From: Sulfolobales archaeon HS-7 | GTDB taxonomy: Archaea > Thermoproteota > Thermoprotei_A > Sulfolobales > Sulfolobaceae | Assembly: GCA_019704295.1 (NCBI GenBank) | Contig: AP024596.1 | Coordinates: 288,001-352,000, forward strand | Length of the DNA stretch: 64,000 bases | Reading direction: 5' to 3' | Shown here: positions 1 through 9,311 of the stretch, piece by piece | How the letters are laid out: every line of letters starts with the position of its first letter | How positions within the stretch are numbered: position 1 is the first letter of the stretch | Notes under the pieces: generated by a model | Told to the model about the DNA's origin: nothing | The model's database searches: none | What the model saw: only the letters and a program-made list of their open reading frames with translations | Made by a program: the position numbers and the translations under genes

Positions 1-174
1 GCTATACAGTCGGGATGAAGGGGGTCTGCGTCCTCGTGATATTCTATGCCCCTCCTGCTCCTCAATCGATATTACCTACTCTCCCCTCAACATCATCGTC
101 TCCACAACCTAAACCCGTAAACTACTTCTTTATCCTTCTCCTCATCCCCCCGATATACTTCATTATAAGGGGGT

Positions 175-205
175 TACTCAAAAAAGAGTAGATACTCTTT
201 TAAAT
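175..205 (+). promoter_or_regulatory. Palindromic operator overlapping the TATA region of the rib operon
   Basis: TACTC-N6-GAGTA at 175-190 and the perfect inverted repeat AAAAGAGTA-GA-TACTCTTTT at 182-201 abut TTTTAAAT (198-205), about 25-30 bp upstream of the ribB ATG at 228. Confidence 0.55.
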
Positions 206-227
206 TATTACAAAATACTCTATCAAG

Positions 228-899
228 ATGGAAATCAGCCTTGAGAATATAAAGGACAACTTAATCAAAGGTCTGCCCATTTTGCTCTACGACTTTGACG
301 ACAGGGAGTCGGAGGTTGACATGGTGTTTTACGGAGGAAGCGTATCGTGGAAGTCGATATACACCCTTAGAAGGGAAGCGGGAGGACTCATATGCTACGT
401 TACCGGATTGGAGGAGGGTAAATCTTTGGGATTAACTCTGCTTACCGAGGAGTGGAGTAACGATAGCAGGTACTTAAAACTTGTGAAGAAACCAGTGTAC
501 GGGGATTTACCCGCCTTCAGTATCTGGGTAAATCACATTACTACTAGGACGGGAATATCCGATGAGGATAGGGCGAGAACGGTGAGAGCACTTCATGATA
601 TCGTTGTAATGATGAAAAGTGACGTAGAGAGGTCCAGGGAGAAGTTTTGGGACGAATTCATGGCTCCGGGCCACGTGCCCATTCTGCTATCCCGTGGGAT
701 AAGGAATAGAAGGGGACACACGGAATTGGTAACTGCCTTAGCTGACGTATTGGGATTACCTAGATCCATGGTTATTGCGGAAATGCTGGACAAGAGGAGA
801 AGTCTTTCCCTTGAAGACGCGGTAAAGTACGCAAAGGTTAACGATTTCCCCATAATCAGGGGGAAAGAGCTTTTAGAGGTGATTAAAATTGTCGCGTAA
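228..899 (+). CDS. ribB: 3,4-dihydroxy-2-butanone-4-phosphate synthase
   Basis: DFDDRESEVD, GGLIC, TGISDEDRART, PGHV and RRGHTE motifs; first gene of the rib operon. Confidence 0.95.
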   Translation: MEISLENIKDNLIKGLPILLYDFDDRESEVDMVFYGGSVSWKSIYTLRREAGGLICYVTGLEEGKSLGLTLLTEEWSNDSRYLKLVKKPVYGDLPAFSIWVNHITTRTGISDEDRARTVRALHDIVVMMKSDVERSREKFWDEFMAPGHVPILLSRGIRNRRGHTELVTALADVLGLPRSMVIAEMLDKRRSLSLEDAVKYAKVNDFPIIRGKELLEVIKIVA

Positions 900-1356
900 A
901 TACGGGGTAGCTGATACGACCTTTAGCAGAGTAGATATGGGTTCAATAGCGGATAAAGTGATAAGAATGGAGGACGACGAGGGAGAGGTAACTAGGTATA
1001 CCGTACCGGGAATAAAAGATCTTCCCGTTGCCGCAAAGAGGTTACTTGACGCAGGGTGTGATGGGGTGATCACCCTAGGATGGGTGGGCAGAACGCAACT
1101 TGATAAGTACAGTTATTTGTCATCCAGTATAGGGCTAATCATGGTACAAATCTTAACCTCTAAGCACGTAATCGACGTAACTGTTCATGAGGACGAGGCT
1201 GACAACGACCAGGAACTTAAGAGGATAGCTGTAGATAGGGCTACCAAGCACGCAAGGAACCTTGTCTACCTGGTTAGGGACGGAAAGGACGCCCTAAGAA
1301 AATACGCAGGTACAGGACTCAGGCAGGGATACGCAAACGCGGGGACTATAGAATGA
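889..1356 (+). CDS. ribC: Archaeal (pentameric) riboflavin synthase
   Basis: [34 protein letters not shown] and GLRQG signature segments. Confidence 0.95.
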   Translation: MSRKYGVADTTFSRVDMGSIADKVIRMEDDEGEVTRYTVPGIKDLPVAAKRLLDAGCDGVITLGWVGRTQLDKYSYLSSSIGLIMVQILTSKHVIDVTVHEDEADNDQELKRIAVDRATKHARNLVYLVRDGKDALRKYAGTGLRQGYANAGTIE

Positions 1357-1808
1357 GAGTTACCTTAGGTTTAGTCGTAGCGGAGTTCAATTACGAGATA
1401 ACCTATCTTATGCTGCAAAGGGCCTTAGAACACGCGAAGTTCCTAGATGCCGAGGTTAAGGTCGTCATGAAGGTACCGGGGACTTACGATACCCCCTTAG
1501 CGGTGAAAAAGGTAATAGAGAGGTTCAACCCCGATGCTGTAGCGGTTTTAGGAGCGGTAATTAAGGGAGAAACGAAGCACGATGACCTAGTGGCGAATCA
1601 AGCATCTAGGATGTTGATGGATATATCCGTAGAAAAGGGAGTTCCTGTAACTATGGGGATAATAGGTCCTGGCGCATCTAGGGAACAGGCTATGGAACGT
1701 ATAGAGGAGTACTCTACGAGGGCTATAGAGGCGGCAATAAAACTCGCGTTGAGGTACAAAAAGATGTCGGAGACGAAATACGAGGGCAATACGGTGTTCA
1801 TAGAGTGA
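1353..1808 (+). CDS. ribH: 6,7-dimethyl-8-ribityllumazine synthase
   Basis: [14 protein letters not shown] and [11 protein letters not shown] motifs; ATGA overlap with ribC. Confidence 0.95.
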   Translation: MRVTLGLVVAEFNYEITYLMLQRALEHAKFLDAEVKVVMKVPGTYDTPLAVKKVIERFNPDAVAVLGAVIKGETKHDDLVANQASRMLMDISVEKGVPVTMGIIGPGASREQAMERIEEYSTRAIEAAIKLALRYKKMSETKYEGNTVFIE

Positions 1809-2479
1809 AAGTCCTTTTCATCAGGATGATAAACTACAGGGAATGGACGGAAATGCAGGGATATGACAGGGAGGGAAAACTTCAATACTTACAGCACAGG
1901 CTCTCTTCCCTGCTCTCGAAGGAAATATATAATATAGGGGGTTTCTATCTCCCCCTTAGGTTCGATTCCTCCCTTGCAGTAATTTCAAACGTTAATGAGA
2001 AAGAGGTACAAAATATTAGGAAGAGGCTAGATTTCTACTTCCCTGTGGAGACGGTGACGTGTATTGGAGTTGATGAGAACCCGTACGACGCTCAGATCAA
2101 GGCATCAAGATGTGAATCACCCGATGAAAACGATGACTCTGAGGTCGTAGCAGTGCATTTCGACCTGAATAACTTTTCCGGAAGGGAATTAACGTCCTCG
2201 GTGTACGACACTTTCCTGGAGGTAACTAAAGTTTACCTCAAGGTAACGGAGGAGATCATTAAATTGAGGGGTATTGCAACTTACCTAGGTGGAGATAACG
2301 TTCTAAGCTTTATTTCTCCTCAAAGGATAGAAGACGTCCAGGGAATTTTAGATAGAATTCCTCACCTAAAGGCTGGAATAGGAAGAGGAAGGACGGCTAG
2401 AGAGGCAATAAAGAACGCTGCAAAGGGATTGAAGATCATCAGGGAGAATAGGAACCTGAATCAAATGCTCGTGGGATAG
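1805..2479 (+). CDS. gch3: GTP cyclohydrolase III (IIa)
   Basis: [29 protein letters not shown] and LKAGIGRG motifs; operon context. Confidence 0.9.
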   Translation: MKVLFIRMINYREWTEMQGYDREGKLQYLQHRLSSLLSKEIYNIGGFYLPLRFDSSLAVISNVNEKEVQNIRKRLDFYFPVETVTCIGVDENPYDAQIKASRCESPDENDDSEVVAVHFDLNNFSGRELTSSVYDTFLEVTKVYLKVTEEIIKLRGIATYLGGDNVLSFISPQRIEDVQGILDRIPHLKAGIGRGRTAREAIKNAAKGLKIIRENRNLNQMLVG

Positions 2480-2482
2480 CGT

Positions 2483-3562
2483 TTGATACTTAATGTAGAT
2501 GGCGTTTTACTAGGTAACGAATTGCTCTTGAAAAGGAAAGTTAACGTTGAGATCGTTGATGGAAAGATCACTCACATAGGTAATGGTTTCGACAGTAACG
2601 GAAGAACTTACAGGGGAATAGTCATTCCTCCTCTGGTTAATGCCCACGTTCACGCCGGTGATTTCGCCTTCCCTGAATATTACACTGAAATGACCATAAG
2701 GGAATTAGTAGGGGATCCAGATAGCGTAAAGTACAAACTCCTTCAAAGTGCAGGGGAGAGGGTTGTCGAATTCATTCAGGAATTCCTCGATAATTCGATG
2801 AAATACGGGGTTCTAGGAGTAATCGATTTCAGGGAACAAGGGACGGTTGGTTTGGAACTGGCGAGGAGGGTTAAAAGTAAGGGGAAATACCTTTTCCTTT
2901 CTAGGATTGAGGAGGGAGAAAGAGTTCAAGACGTAGTTGATGCACATGGCGTCGGGATATCTACGGCCTTCTCATATGGAAGGGAAACACTAGTGAGGTT
3001 AAGGGATGTCTTCTCTAGAAAGATCAGGGCTGTACACATAAGCGAAACGAAAAGGCTCTGGTTACTTAATGATCTCGAGTATGCCCTACAAGTGTTCGAA
3101 CCTAATCTAATAATTCACGGGACCTACCTCGGTAAGGATGAAATTTTAACCCTAAGGGAGAGACGGACTCCTATAGTTACCTGCCCGAGAAGCAATCTAT
3201 GGTTCAGAGTGGGCATTCCGAATATGGAAGACCTCTTTGAAGGTTTCAAAGTTCTTATAGGTACTGATAATGGAGGATGGTTGAGCCCAAATTTATGGAG
3301 GGATATGGAATTAGCCTTACTTTTGAGAAAGAGGAGGGGAGAGGAAACTTCCAAGGAGATCCTAAAAGCGGCGACGGTAAATGCCTATGATCTAGTTAAT
3401 TTCTCCCCTGTGGACGAGGGAGGAGAAGCTACGTTCGTGATAGTTAACGATACACTTAACGGAATAGATAGGGCTAAGGACGTTTACACTGCTTTAGTGA
3501 AGAGGGGGGAATCGGTTATGTCGGTTTTCATTAAAGGAGAGGAAACCTTTCGTTCAACATAA
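2483..3562 (+). CDS. Metal-dependent amidohydrolase (deaminase-like TIM barrel)
   Basis: NAHVH, HISE, IHG, CPRSN and GTDN metal-binding motifs; starts 3 bp after the gch3 stop. Confidence 0.85.
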   Translation: MILNVDGVLLGNELLLKRKVNVEIVDGKITHIGNGFDSNGRTYRGIVIPPLVNAHVHAGDFAFPEYYTEMTIRELVGDPDSVKYKLLQSAGERVVEFIQEFLDNSMKYGVLGVIDFREQGTVGLELARRVKSKGKYLFLSRIEEGERVQDVVDAHGVGISTAFSYGRETLVRLRDVFSRKIRAVHISETKRLWLLNDLEYALQVFEPNLIIHGTYLGKDEILTLRERRTPIVTCPRSNLWFRVGIPNMEDLFEGFKVLIGTDNGGWLSPNLWRDMELALLLRKRRGEETSKEILKAATVNAYDLVNFSPVDEGGEATFVIVNDTLNGIDRAKDVYTALVKRGESVMSVFIKGEETFRST

Positions 3563-4808
3563 CGTGAGAGTACTGGGCGTAGGCTCTTTTGTTGAGGACT
3601 CCGTCCTGACCTTCAGCAATTCCCCTGCCGTGGTCGTTCCTCATTACTAGTTCCTCCTTAACGTAATCCACAGACGACACGTGAAACTCGTGGCCGTTTA
3701 CCGTCTTACCAATCACTGCTAGGGGGTTCCTTTTAACTGCTCTCAGCACGGTATAGCCTATCGTAAGGCGAGAGTCCATGGAAATACCCATGTCAAAGAC
3801 TCCCACCATCGAATACTTCCTGTTATTCCTTATGTAGTTTGAAAGGTACATCATCCCTCCGCACTCGGCGTACACTAGTTTCTCGTTGTCAACTAATTTC
3901 CTCAGCCATGATTTAGTCTCCTGGTTTTTCTCGAGTTGTTCGGCGAAGAGTTCTGGATAACCTCCGCCTAGGTAAACCCCATCTACTTCGTCGATCCGCT
4001 CGTTATTGAGAGGGCTGAATGGAACGAGATCGAATTTTGATCTCAGAGTGTCTATGTTTTGGGTGTAGTAGAATGAGAAGGCATTGTCATAAGCTATGGC
4101 TATCCTTCCCTTGTTTGTTTTAGCGCTTTTACTCCTTACTCTAATTTTTAGAGGAGGAGCTTCGGAGGCTATCTTCTCTAGCACATCGAAATCAATTGTC
4201 CTTTCCAGCACCTCTGATGCGCGTTTTATCTTTTCTAAGGGTACCTCATTTGCAGTAAATAATCCGAGATGTCTACTCTCGATTTTGAAAGAAGGATCGT
4301 AGGGCAAATAGCCAAGGAACTTCACTCTATTGAGGAAACGCGAGCACTCTATTACGTGACCTTCCGATACCACTTTGTTGAAAATTACCCCTTTAACAAG
4401 ACCCGAACTTACAAGGCGTAATCCCTCAGCTAGCTTACCACCTGTGGACGACATTGCGTAACAATCTATTACCAATACTATGGGGGTCTTCGTTAACTTG
4501 GCTATTTCAAATGTGGAAAATTTACCCATTAAGCCGTCGAACATTCCCATAACCCCCTCGATTACGCTGAAGTCAAATCCTCTTAAATAGTTAACTAAAC
4601 TTCTCAATACTCCATCCTTACCCATGAGGTGTAAATCTAAGTTGACTGAGGGCGAACCAGTCGCCTTCAAGTGAAACCCTGGGTCGATAAAATCGGGACC
4701 TATTTTAAATCCCCTGACTCTCTTGTTTTTCGATAATGCCATCATTATCCCTGAGGCTATTAGCGTCTTACCTGAGTCGCTCCTATCGGAAGCAATTATA
4801 AGCCTCAT
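3531..4808 (-). CDS. cbiA: Cobyrinate a,c-diamide synthase
   Basis: SDSGKT P-loop, KIGPDFIDP, IEGVMG, SRHLGL, GGGYPEL, AECGG and GHEFH glutaminase motifs. Confidence 0.95.
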   Translation of the reverse strand: MRLIIASDRSDSGKTLIASGIMMALSKNKRVRGFKIGPDFIDPGFHLKATGSPSVNLDLHLMGKDGVLRSLVNYLRGFDFSVIEGVMGMFDGLMGKFSTFEIAKLTKTPIVLVIDCYAMSSTGGKLAEGLRLVSSGLVKGVIFNKVVSEGHVIECSRFLNRVKFLGYLPYDPSFKIESRHLGLFTANEVPLEKIKRASEVLERTIDFDVLEKIASEAPPLKIRVRSKSAKTNKGRIAIAYDNAFSFYYTQNIDTLRSKFDLVPFSPLNNERIDEVDGVYLGGGYPELFAEQLEKNQETKSWLRKLVDNEKLVYAECGGMMYLSNYIRNNRKYSMVGVFDMGISMDSRLTIGYTVLRAVKRNPLAVIGKTVNGHEFHVSSVDYVKEELVMRNDHGRGIAEGQDGVLNKRAYAQYSHVMLNERFPLL

Positions 4809-4984
4809 CTGGAGATGTTTACTTTTATCGAAATTAAGGATAACCTTATACTATTCATTGCAAGGACTCCATACTAGGAATTTAACGGCACTTCCTACGT
4901 GTTAACTACCCCTTATTGACTTAGTACCCTTACTTAACGATTCCCTGCTTCCTTATGAACCCCAAAAAAGTTAAATCTAGTCCT

Positions 4985-5080
4985 TGTATAGGGAATTACG
5001 TAAGATCTCACGGACGCAATTCCCCAGACCCTTGGGTACGACGTGCCCAAGGTCTAAGACGCGTTGCTTTTTTTCCCTAA
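4985..5080. ncRNA. Candidate structured RNA (two adjacent GC-rich hairpins plus a T7 tract)
   Basis: GGGAATTACGT/ACGCAATTCCC (4991-5024) and AGACCCTTGGGTAC/GTGCCCAAGGTCT (5026-5055), followed by TTTTTTT at 5068-5074. Confidence 0.3.
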
Positions 5081-5152
5081 AAACTACAAAGGGAACTCCG
5101 AACGTTCTTTTACTCCTTACCCAGTAGAATTGGACATTAGCACCCCCTAAGA

Positions 5153-5998
5153 ATGAGTTTTCCCAAGGTCGGCAAACTATATTTATCAGAGGTGAGTAAT
5201 TACTTTGACCCACATGGAATTTACTATCTAGGACCTGAGGGGAGTTTCTCACATCAGGCAGTTTCAGCATTAAGCGGCTTGAAGGTTCCGGTGAAGACAA
5301 TATCTGAGGTATTTGATAAAATATCCAACAGCACTATGGGCCTGGTGCCAGTTGAAAACAGCCTAGAGGGCCCCGTGAATGAGACTTTAGATAACCTCTT
5401 TACAAGAGATGGTATTTACGTTAACGCCTCGCTCGAAATCGAAGTTAACCTTGTTCTTGCCGCGAATCAAGACCTAAGTGTTATCAAAAGGATCTACTCT
5501 CATCCTCATGCGATCGCTGAGGCGGGGAAAAGACTTAAGGAATTAGGAGACTTCGAGATAGTACAGGTAGAAAGTACGTCAAAAGCTGCCAAGTTGGCAT
5601 CAGTAGAGGTCAACGCAGCTGCTCTATGTTCGGAATTCGCCGCTAGACTCTACGGTTTAAATATCTTAGAGCGCAATTTAACGGATAGAGGGAACGTGAC
5701 CAGGTTTTTCGTTGTTTCAAATAGGTTAACCACCTCTGGAGAAAGGACCGTTCTGTTCTTTACGGTTCCCGACGTTCCTGGGTCGCTGTACAATGTCCTT
5801 AGGGAGTTCTACAAGAGGAGAGTAAACGTAAAAATGATATATTCCCGTCCTCTAAGACGATTAATTTGGAATTATTACTTTTACCTTGAGTTCGAGGGTA
5901 GCATTGACGAATTTACACCGCTTATTGACGATCTGAAAAAAGTAACCCAGGAAGTTAAGGTTAAGGGAAGCTACACTACGATTTTAAGCCCTAGTTAG
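5153..5998 (+). CDS. pheA: Prephenate dehydratase with ACT domain
   Basis: YLGPEGSFS, PVENSLEG, YSHPHA and NVTRF motifs; ACT domain DVPGSL..SRP; true start may be slightly downstream. Confidence 0.92.
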   Translation: MSFPKVGKLYLSEVSNYFDPHGIYYLGPEGSFSHQAVSALSGLKVPVKTISEVFDKISNSTMGLVPVENSLEGPVNETLDNLFTRDGIYVNASLEIEVNLVLAANQDLSVIKRIYSHPHAIAEAGKRLKELGDFEIVQVESTSKAAKLASVEVNAAALCSEFAARLYGLNILERNLTDRGNVTRFFVVSNRLTTSGERTVLFFTVPDVPGSLYNVLREFYKRRVNVKMIYSRPLRRLIWNYYFYLEFEGSIDEFTPLIDDLKKVTQEVKVKGSYTTILSPS

Positions 5999-7219
5999 AC
6001 TAACGTTATCGATTTTCGCGAAGGGATATCTCCCGGGAAGTGGTGCGTCCCACCACGATACTACGTAACTCTCTCTAGAGAGTTCGATCACGTTTTTGAC
6101 GATGTTTCCTAGTTTATCCGCTATTCTCACTCTTCCAACAAAACCCTCCGGTTTCCCATTCCTGAAGAGTATCGTAGCGTCTCTAGTAACCGTTGAGAAT
6201 TGCCCCTCCGCCATGTTCTGAAATCTCGTGTACCAATTGTTATTAACATAAATGAAATTCCCGTCCATCATATCGTGAAACTTACTGGTCCCAGTGTCAA
6301 TTTCCAAGGCTAGACTCCTCGGGTAAATCCATCCCGCGTTACCTGTGCTTTTGGCGTTGAATACCTTCGCCGTTTCGTTATTTAGGAGGTGGGTGTTGAA
6401 CTTTCCTTGGTAAATTATCTCCTTTCTGAAAGTCCTTTCTCCCTCATCGTCGAATTCCCAGTTCCCGATCTGTTCATCGTCAGGAATATCTCTAAGAGTG
6501 AACACATCAGACGCTACCTCATCCCCTTTCTTTGAATCAGAAAAGATCGAGTTTCCTGTCATTGCTGAGAAACCTGAAGCCATTCCTGACGCATACATCA
6601 TGAGGTTGGCCATAACCAGGGGGGACAGAACTACAGTGTACTTTCCGTCGTTTACATCAGCTCTCCTGTCAGAGAGCTTTAATAACTCATTCGCAGTTTC
6701 CACACAGTCCCTTAGCTTATCCTGTTCAAACCTATTCGACGTATGAGCCCATTGGGCACTGAATTCCCCTCTCTTCACCCTGAAATATGCGTTAATCCAT
6801 CCCTTCTTTTCAGCGCTTTTGAGACCCTTAGAGGTGTTTAAATTTCTGTTAACGATCGTGACGGTAATCGTCCCGTAAATGGGGTTCTTGCCCTCCAGAA
6901 GGGGAGGTATCGCTGATACGTCCTGATAAAGTTCCTCTAGGGTTGGATGAACTTTGTTCTGAGAGTACTCCCCCGAGGTATCCGAGATAATTGGGGAGAT
7001 CTGGGACTCAGGCAAGATATTAACGATTTCCGCAAGCTTCCTCTGATCTAGAGTTTTCTCCCTACCTACGTAGTACTTGTTCCCTTTTTTAAGCATGACT
7101 TCGTAGCCTTTGTCACTAAACCTCTGGACGTTCTCGATTTTGCTTTCAACTACCTTTATGACAAGGGTTTTAGTTTGGTACTCTATAGTTGCGTATTCGT
7201 CAAAACCCGTAAACTCCAT
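5984..7219 (-). CDS. pmbA: TldE/PmbA family protein
   Basis: FDDEG and STGNAG motifs, no HExxxH; directly downstream of tldD. Confidence 0.85.
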   Translation of the reverse strand: MEFTGFDEYATIEYQTKTLVIKVVESKIENVQRFSDKGYEVMLKKGNKYYVGREKTLDQRKLAEIVNILPESQISPIISDTSGEYSQNKVHPTLEELYQDVSAIPPLLEGKNPIYGTITVTIVNRNLNTSKGLKSAEKKGWINAYFRVKRGEFSAQWAHTSNRFEQDKLRDCVETANELLKLSDRRADVNDGKYTVVLSPLVMANLMMYASGMASGFSAMTGNSIFSDSKKGDEVASDVFTLRDIPDDEQIGNWEFDDEGERTFRKEIIYQGKFNTHLLNNETAKVFNAKSTGNAGWIYPRSLALEIDTGTSKFHDMMDGNFIYVNNNWYTRFQNMAEGQFSTVTRDATILFRNGKPEGFVGRVRIADKLGNIVKNVIELSRESYVVSWWDAPLPGRYPFAKIDNVSLTRA

Positions 7220-7220
7220 T

Positions 7221-8600
7221 TCACATCACCTTGACGTTAACGTTCCTCAACCTCATGTTTGGTCCACCCAACCAAACCGGAACGCCCTGTTCTGGATCTC
7301 CTTTTCCACACATCCCCGGTTTAAAGTCCAGATTTCTATCTACCCCGTCTACAGACTTCAGAAAGTAAGTAGTTGTTCCCTCTAGGACGGGGAAAAGAAG
7401 TGGTTCCCCTATTTCCCCGTTGTTGATCGCGTAAGCTTCCAATGCGATGTACCTTTGACCTAACCTCATATCGTCAATATTCCACTCCATGTAGTTCTTG
7501 AAGTATATTCCCTCGCGGACGTCTTCAACGAGCTCCTCAAAGGACATTTCCCCTGGAACAAAGTATGTGTTCGACATCCTGATCAATGGCTCCCTATCGA
7601 ATCTGGACGATCTTGCAGATCCGTTACTTCCCCTACCCGTCCTAAATCCGGTAAACCTGTCTTGAAGCATCTCGTTGACTTTCCCAGAGACAATAAGCTT
7701 CTTTTCACGAGCAGAGACTCCCTGGTCGTCAATGAGGTAGAACCCGGAGCTTGTTGGGATCGTAGGGTTGTCGGAGAGGTTTACCACGTTACTTCCTACC
7801 TGGTCTTCCTTAAACTCGGTGAGGTAACTGGAACCCGCCTGAGCGAACTCTCTTCCAAGGATCCTATCCATCTCAAACGGGTGGCCCACTGACTCGTGTG
7901 CCATAATCCCGCTCAGGATCGGACTGAGAATTACGTCTTTCTTACCTGGGGTTACCCCCTTTCCTGAGTGCATCACCCTATCGATTGACCTCAAGTTCTC
8001 CTCAATCTTCTCCTGGAGATTTCTCTGGATTAACCACTCTAGTCCTCCACTCCCTCCCTCTTCAAACCATGCGGTAACTGTCCTTCCGTTACCCTCCAAA
8101 ACTATATTGTAAGTTATCAGAACGCGGGGAACTCTTCCCATTATAACGTCAGAATCGCTAATCATGATCTCCTTTGTTTCTACGCTTTCAACGTAAGAGA
8201 AAACGAGACTCTTTACTTTTCCTTTTATTTCAGTCTTCATTACGTTGGATAAAACGTCATTCAGGTAGGATATCTTTGAATCAATAGACATAGAGGAAAG
8301 TTTCACCTTTTCCTCCGATTCGTATTTCGCTGACTTTACGGGTTCCTCTGATACACCGGCCTCCCAGCCTGTTAAGGACTCCCCCACGGGTTTTATTTCC
8401 GTTGAATTCGGGGAGGCGTAAAATTGAAGGACTCCATTATTGAATGTCCTGACTGAAAACCCTTCCTCTTCCGAATTGTAAATTCCGGCGAACTTTCCGT
8501 TAAGGTATCTCATACCCTTGGTAATTACGCTGTGATATCTCACTTCCTTATATCTTGAAGGAAACAATTCAGATATTTTTCTTAACTCATCTTCATACAT
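7221..8600 (-). CDS. tldD: TldD family metalloprotease
   Basis: HESVGHPFE zinc motif, RMSNTY, C-terminal GMCGK. Confidence 0.92.
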   Translation of the reverse strand: MYEDELRKISELFPSRYKEVRYHSVITKGMRYLNGKFAGIYNSEEEGFSVRTFNNGVLQFYASPNSTEIKPVGESLTGWEAGVSEEPVKSAKYESEEKVKLSSMSIDSKISYLNDVLSNVMKTEIKGKVKSLVFSYVESVETKEIMISDSDVIMGRVPRVLITYNIVLEGNGRTVTAWFEEGGSGGLEWLIQRNLQEKIEENLRSIDRVMHSGKGVTPGKKDVILSPILSGIMAHESVGHPFEMDRILGREFAQAGSSYLTEFKEDQVGSNVVNLSDNPTIPTSSGFYLIDDQGVSAREKKLIVSGKVNEMLQDRFTGFRTGRGSNGSARSSRFDREPLIRMSNTYFVPGEMSFEELVEDVREGIYFKNYMEWNIDDMRLGQRYIALEAYAINNGEIGEPLLFPVLEGTTTYFLKSVDGVDRNLDFKPGMCGKGDPEQGVPVWLGGPNMRLRNVNVKVM

Positions 8601-8752
8601 TGTCTAAACTATTACTTTCGATCTAAAAACGTTACTTAGTAATATACAAGTATTCCAAATTCATCGCGTCCGTGTGGAGAAGATTCATGAAGTTATTAGG
8701 AAGATCAAGAAAATTAACTATCTAGCCTGTAAACTTACATTGCGATACGGAA

Positions 8753-8900
8753 GAACTCGCCGGCCCTAAACCGGGCTTCCTGCTTCTCAGCTTCGCCTTG
8801 CGAGTATCGAAGTAGCAGTAGAGGGCGGAGCACCGCAGGCACTAAAGGTCCCATTAATCTATTTAAGATGTTCAGGAAAACGTTGTAACTAAAGTGGGTT
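8753..8900 (-). mobile_element. IS200/IS605-type tnpB 3' remnant with omega-RNA/right-end region
   Basis: Minus strand reads SYNVFLNILNR..GPLVPAVLRPL, like the TnpB C-terminal D-x-NA-x-LNI..PVE-x-RP segment, then GGCGAAGCTGAGAAGCAGGAAGCCCGGTTTAGGGCCGG, typical of Sulfolobales tnpB ends. Confidence 0.65.
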
Positions 8901-9064
8901 ACTCAACTGTATCGGGGAGAGAGAAGACTCAACTGGAAAAGGTAAGGCCTTCCCCTATGTGACAATGTTTAATATACAATAAATGTTAGTTTAAAAAACA
9001 AAATTTTTAGATATGGGAAAAACATATGAAAGCTCAATAGAAAAGTTCTTTCTTAGCCTTGATT

Positions 9065-9202
9065 ATCGAAAATTAAGTGATCACTTGTGATTTAATAAAC
9101 TGATTTTGTATCATCGTTCTTTTCGTAATTAAAAGAGTTTAATTCTAGATAAAGTTGCTCTATAACTAGTTGTAATATAGTCGTTTACATTAACAACGCA
9201 TT
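9065..9202 (+). repeat. Degenerate direct repeat, left copy (partner 21731-21849)
   Basis: Shared blocks in the same order: ATCGAAAATT, AATAAAYTRATT, exact TTTAATTCTAGATAAA (9138-9153 = 21784-21799), TATAACT, ACATTAA, CATT. Confidence 0.55.
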
Positions 9203-9311
9203 AGACACCCCCATAGATCTTCTGCTCCCTCTGAATCCCTTACCAAGATAAGGCAGCCTTACATCTAGATGGAGAAGGGTTAATATATTACTTTAGTGAA
9301 ATTATTTCAAT

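Noticed and set aside
1-170. Purine-rich minus-strand stretch that looks like coding sequence
   Set aside because: Interrupted by stops and truncated by the window edge; cannot be assigned
4810-5150. Canonical cobalamin riboswitch upstream of cbiA
   Set aside because: The conserved core (GCCACTG and the B12 box) is not visible on either strand; kept only as a generic structured-RNA candidate
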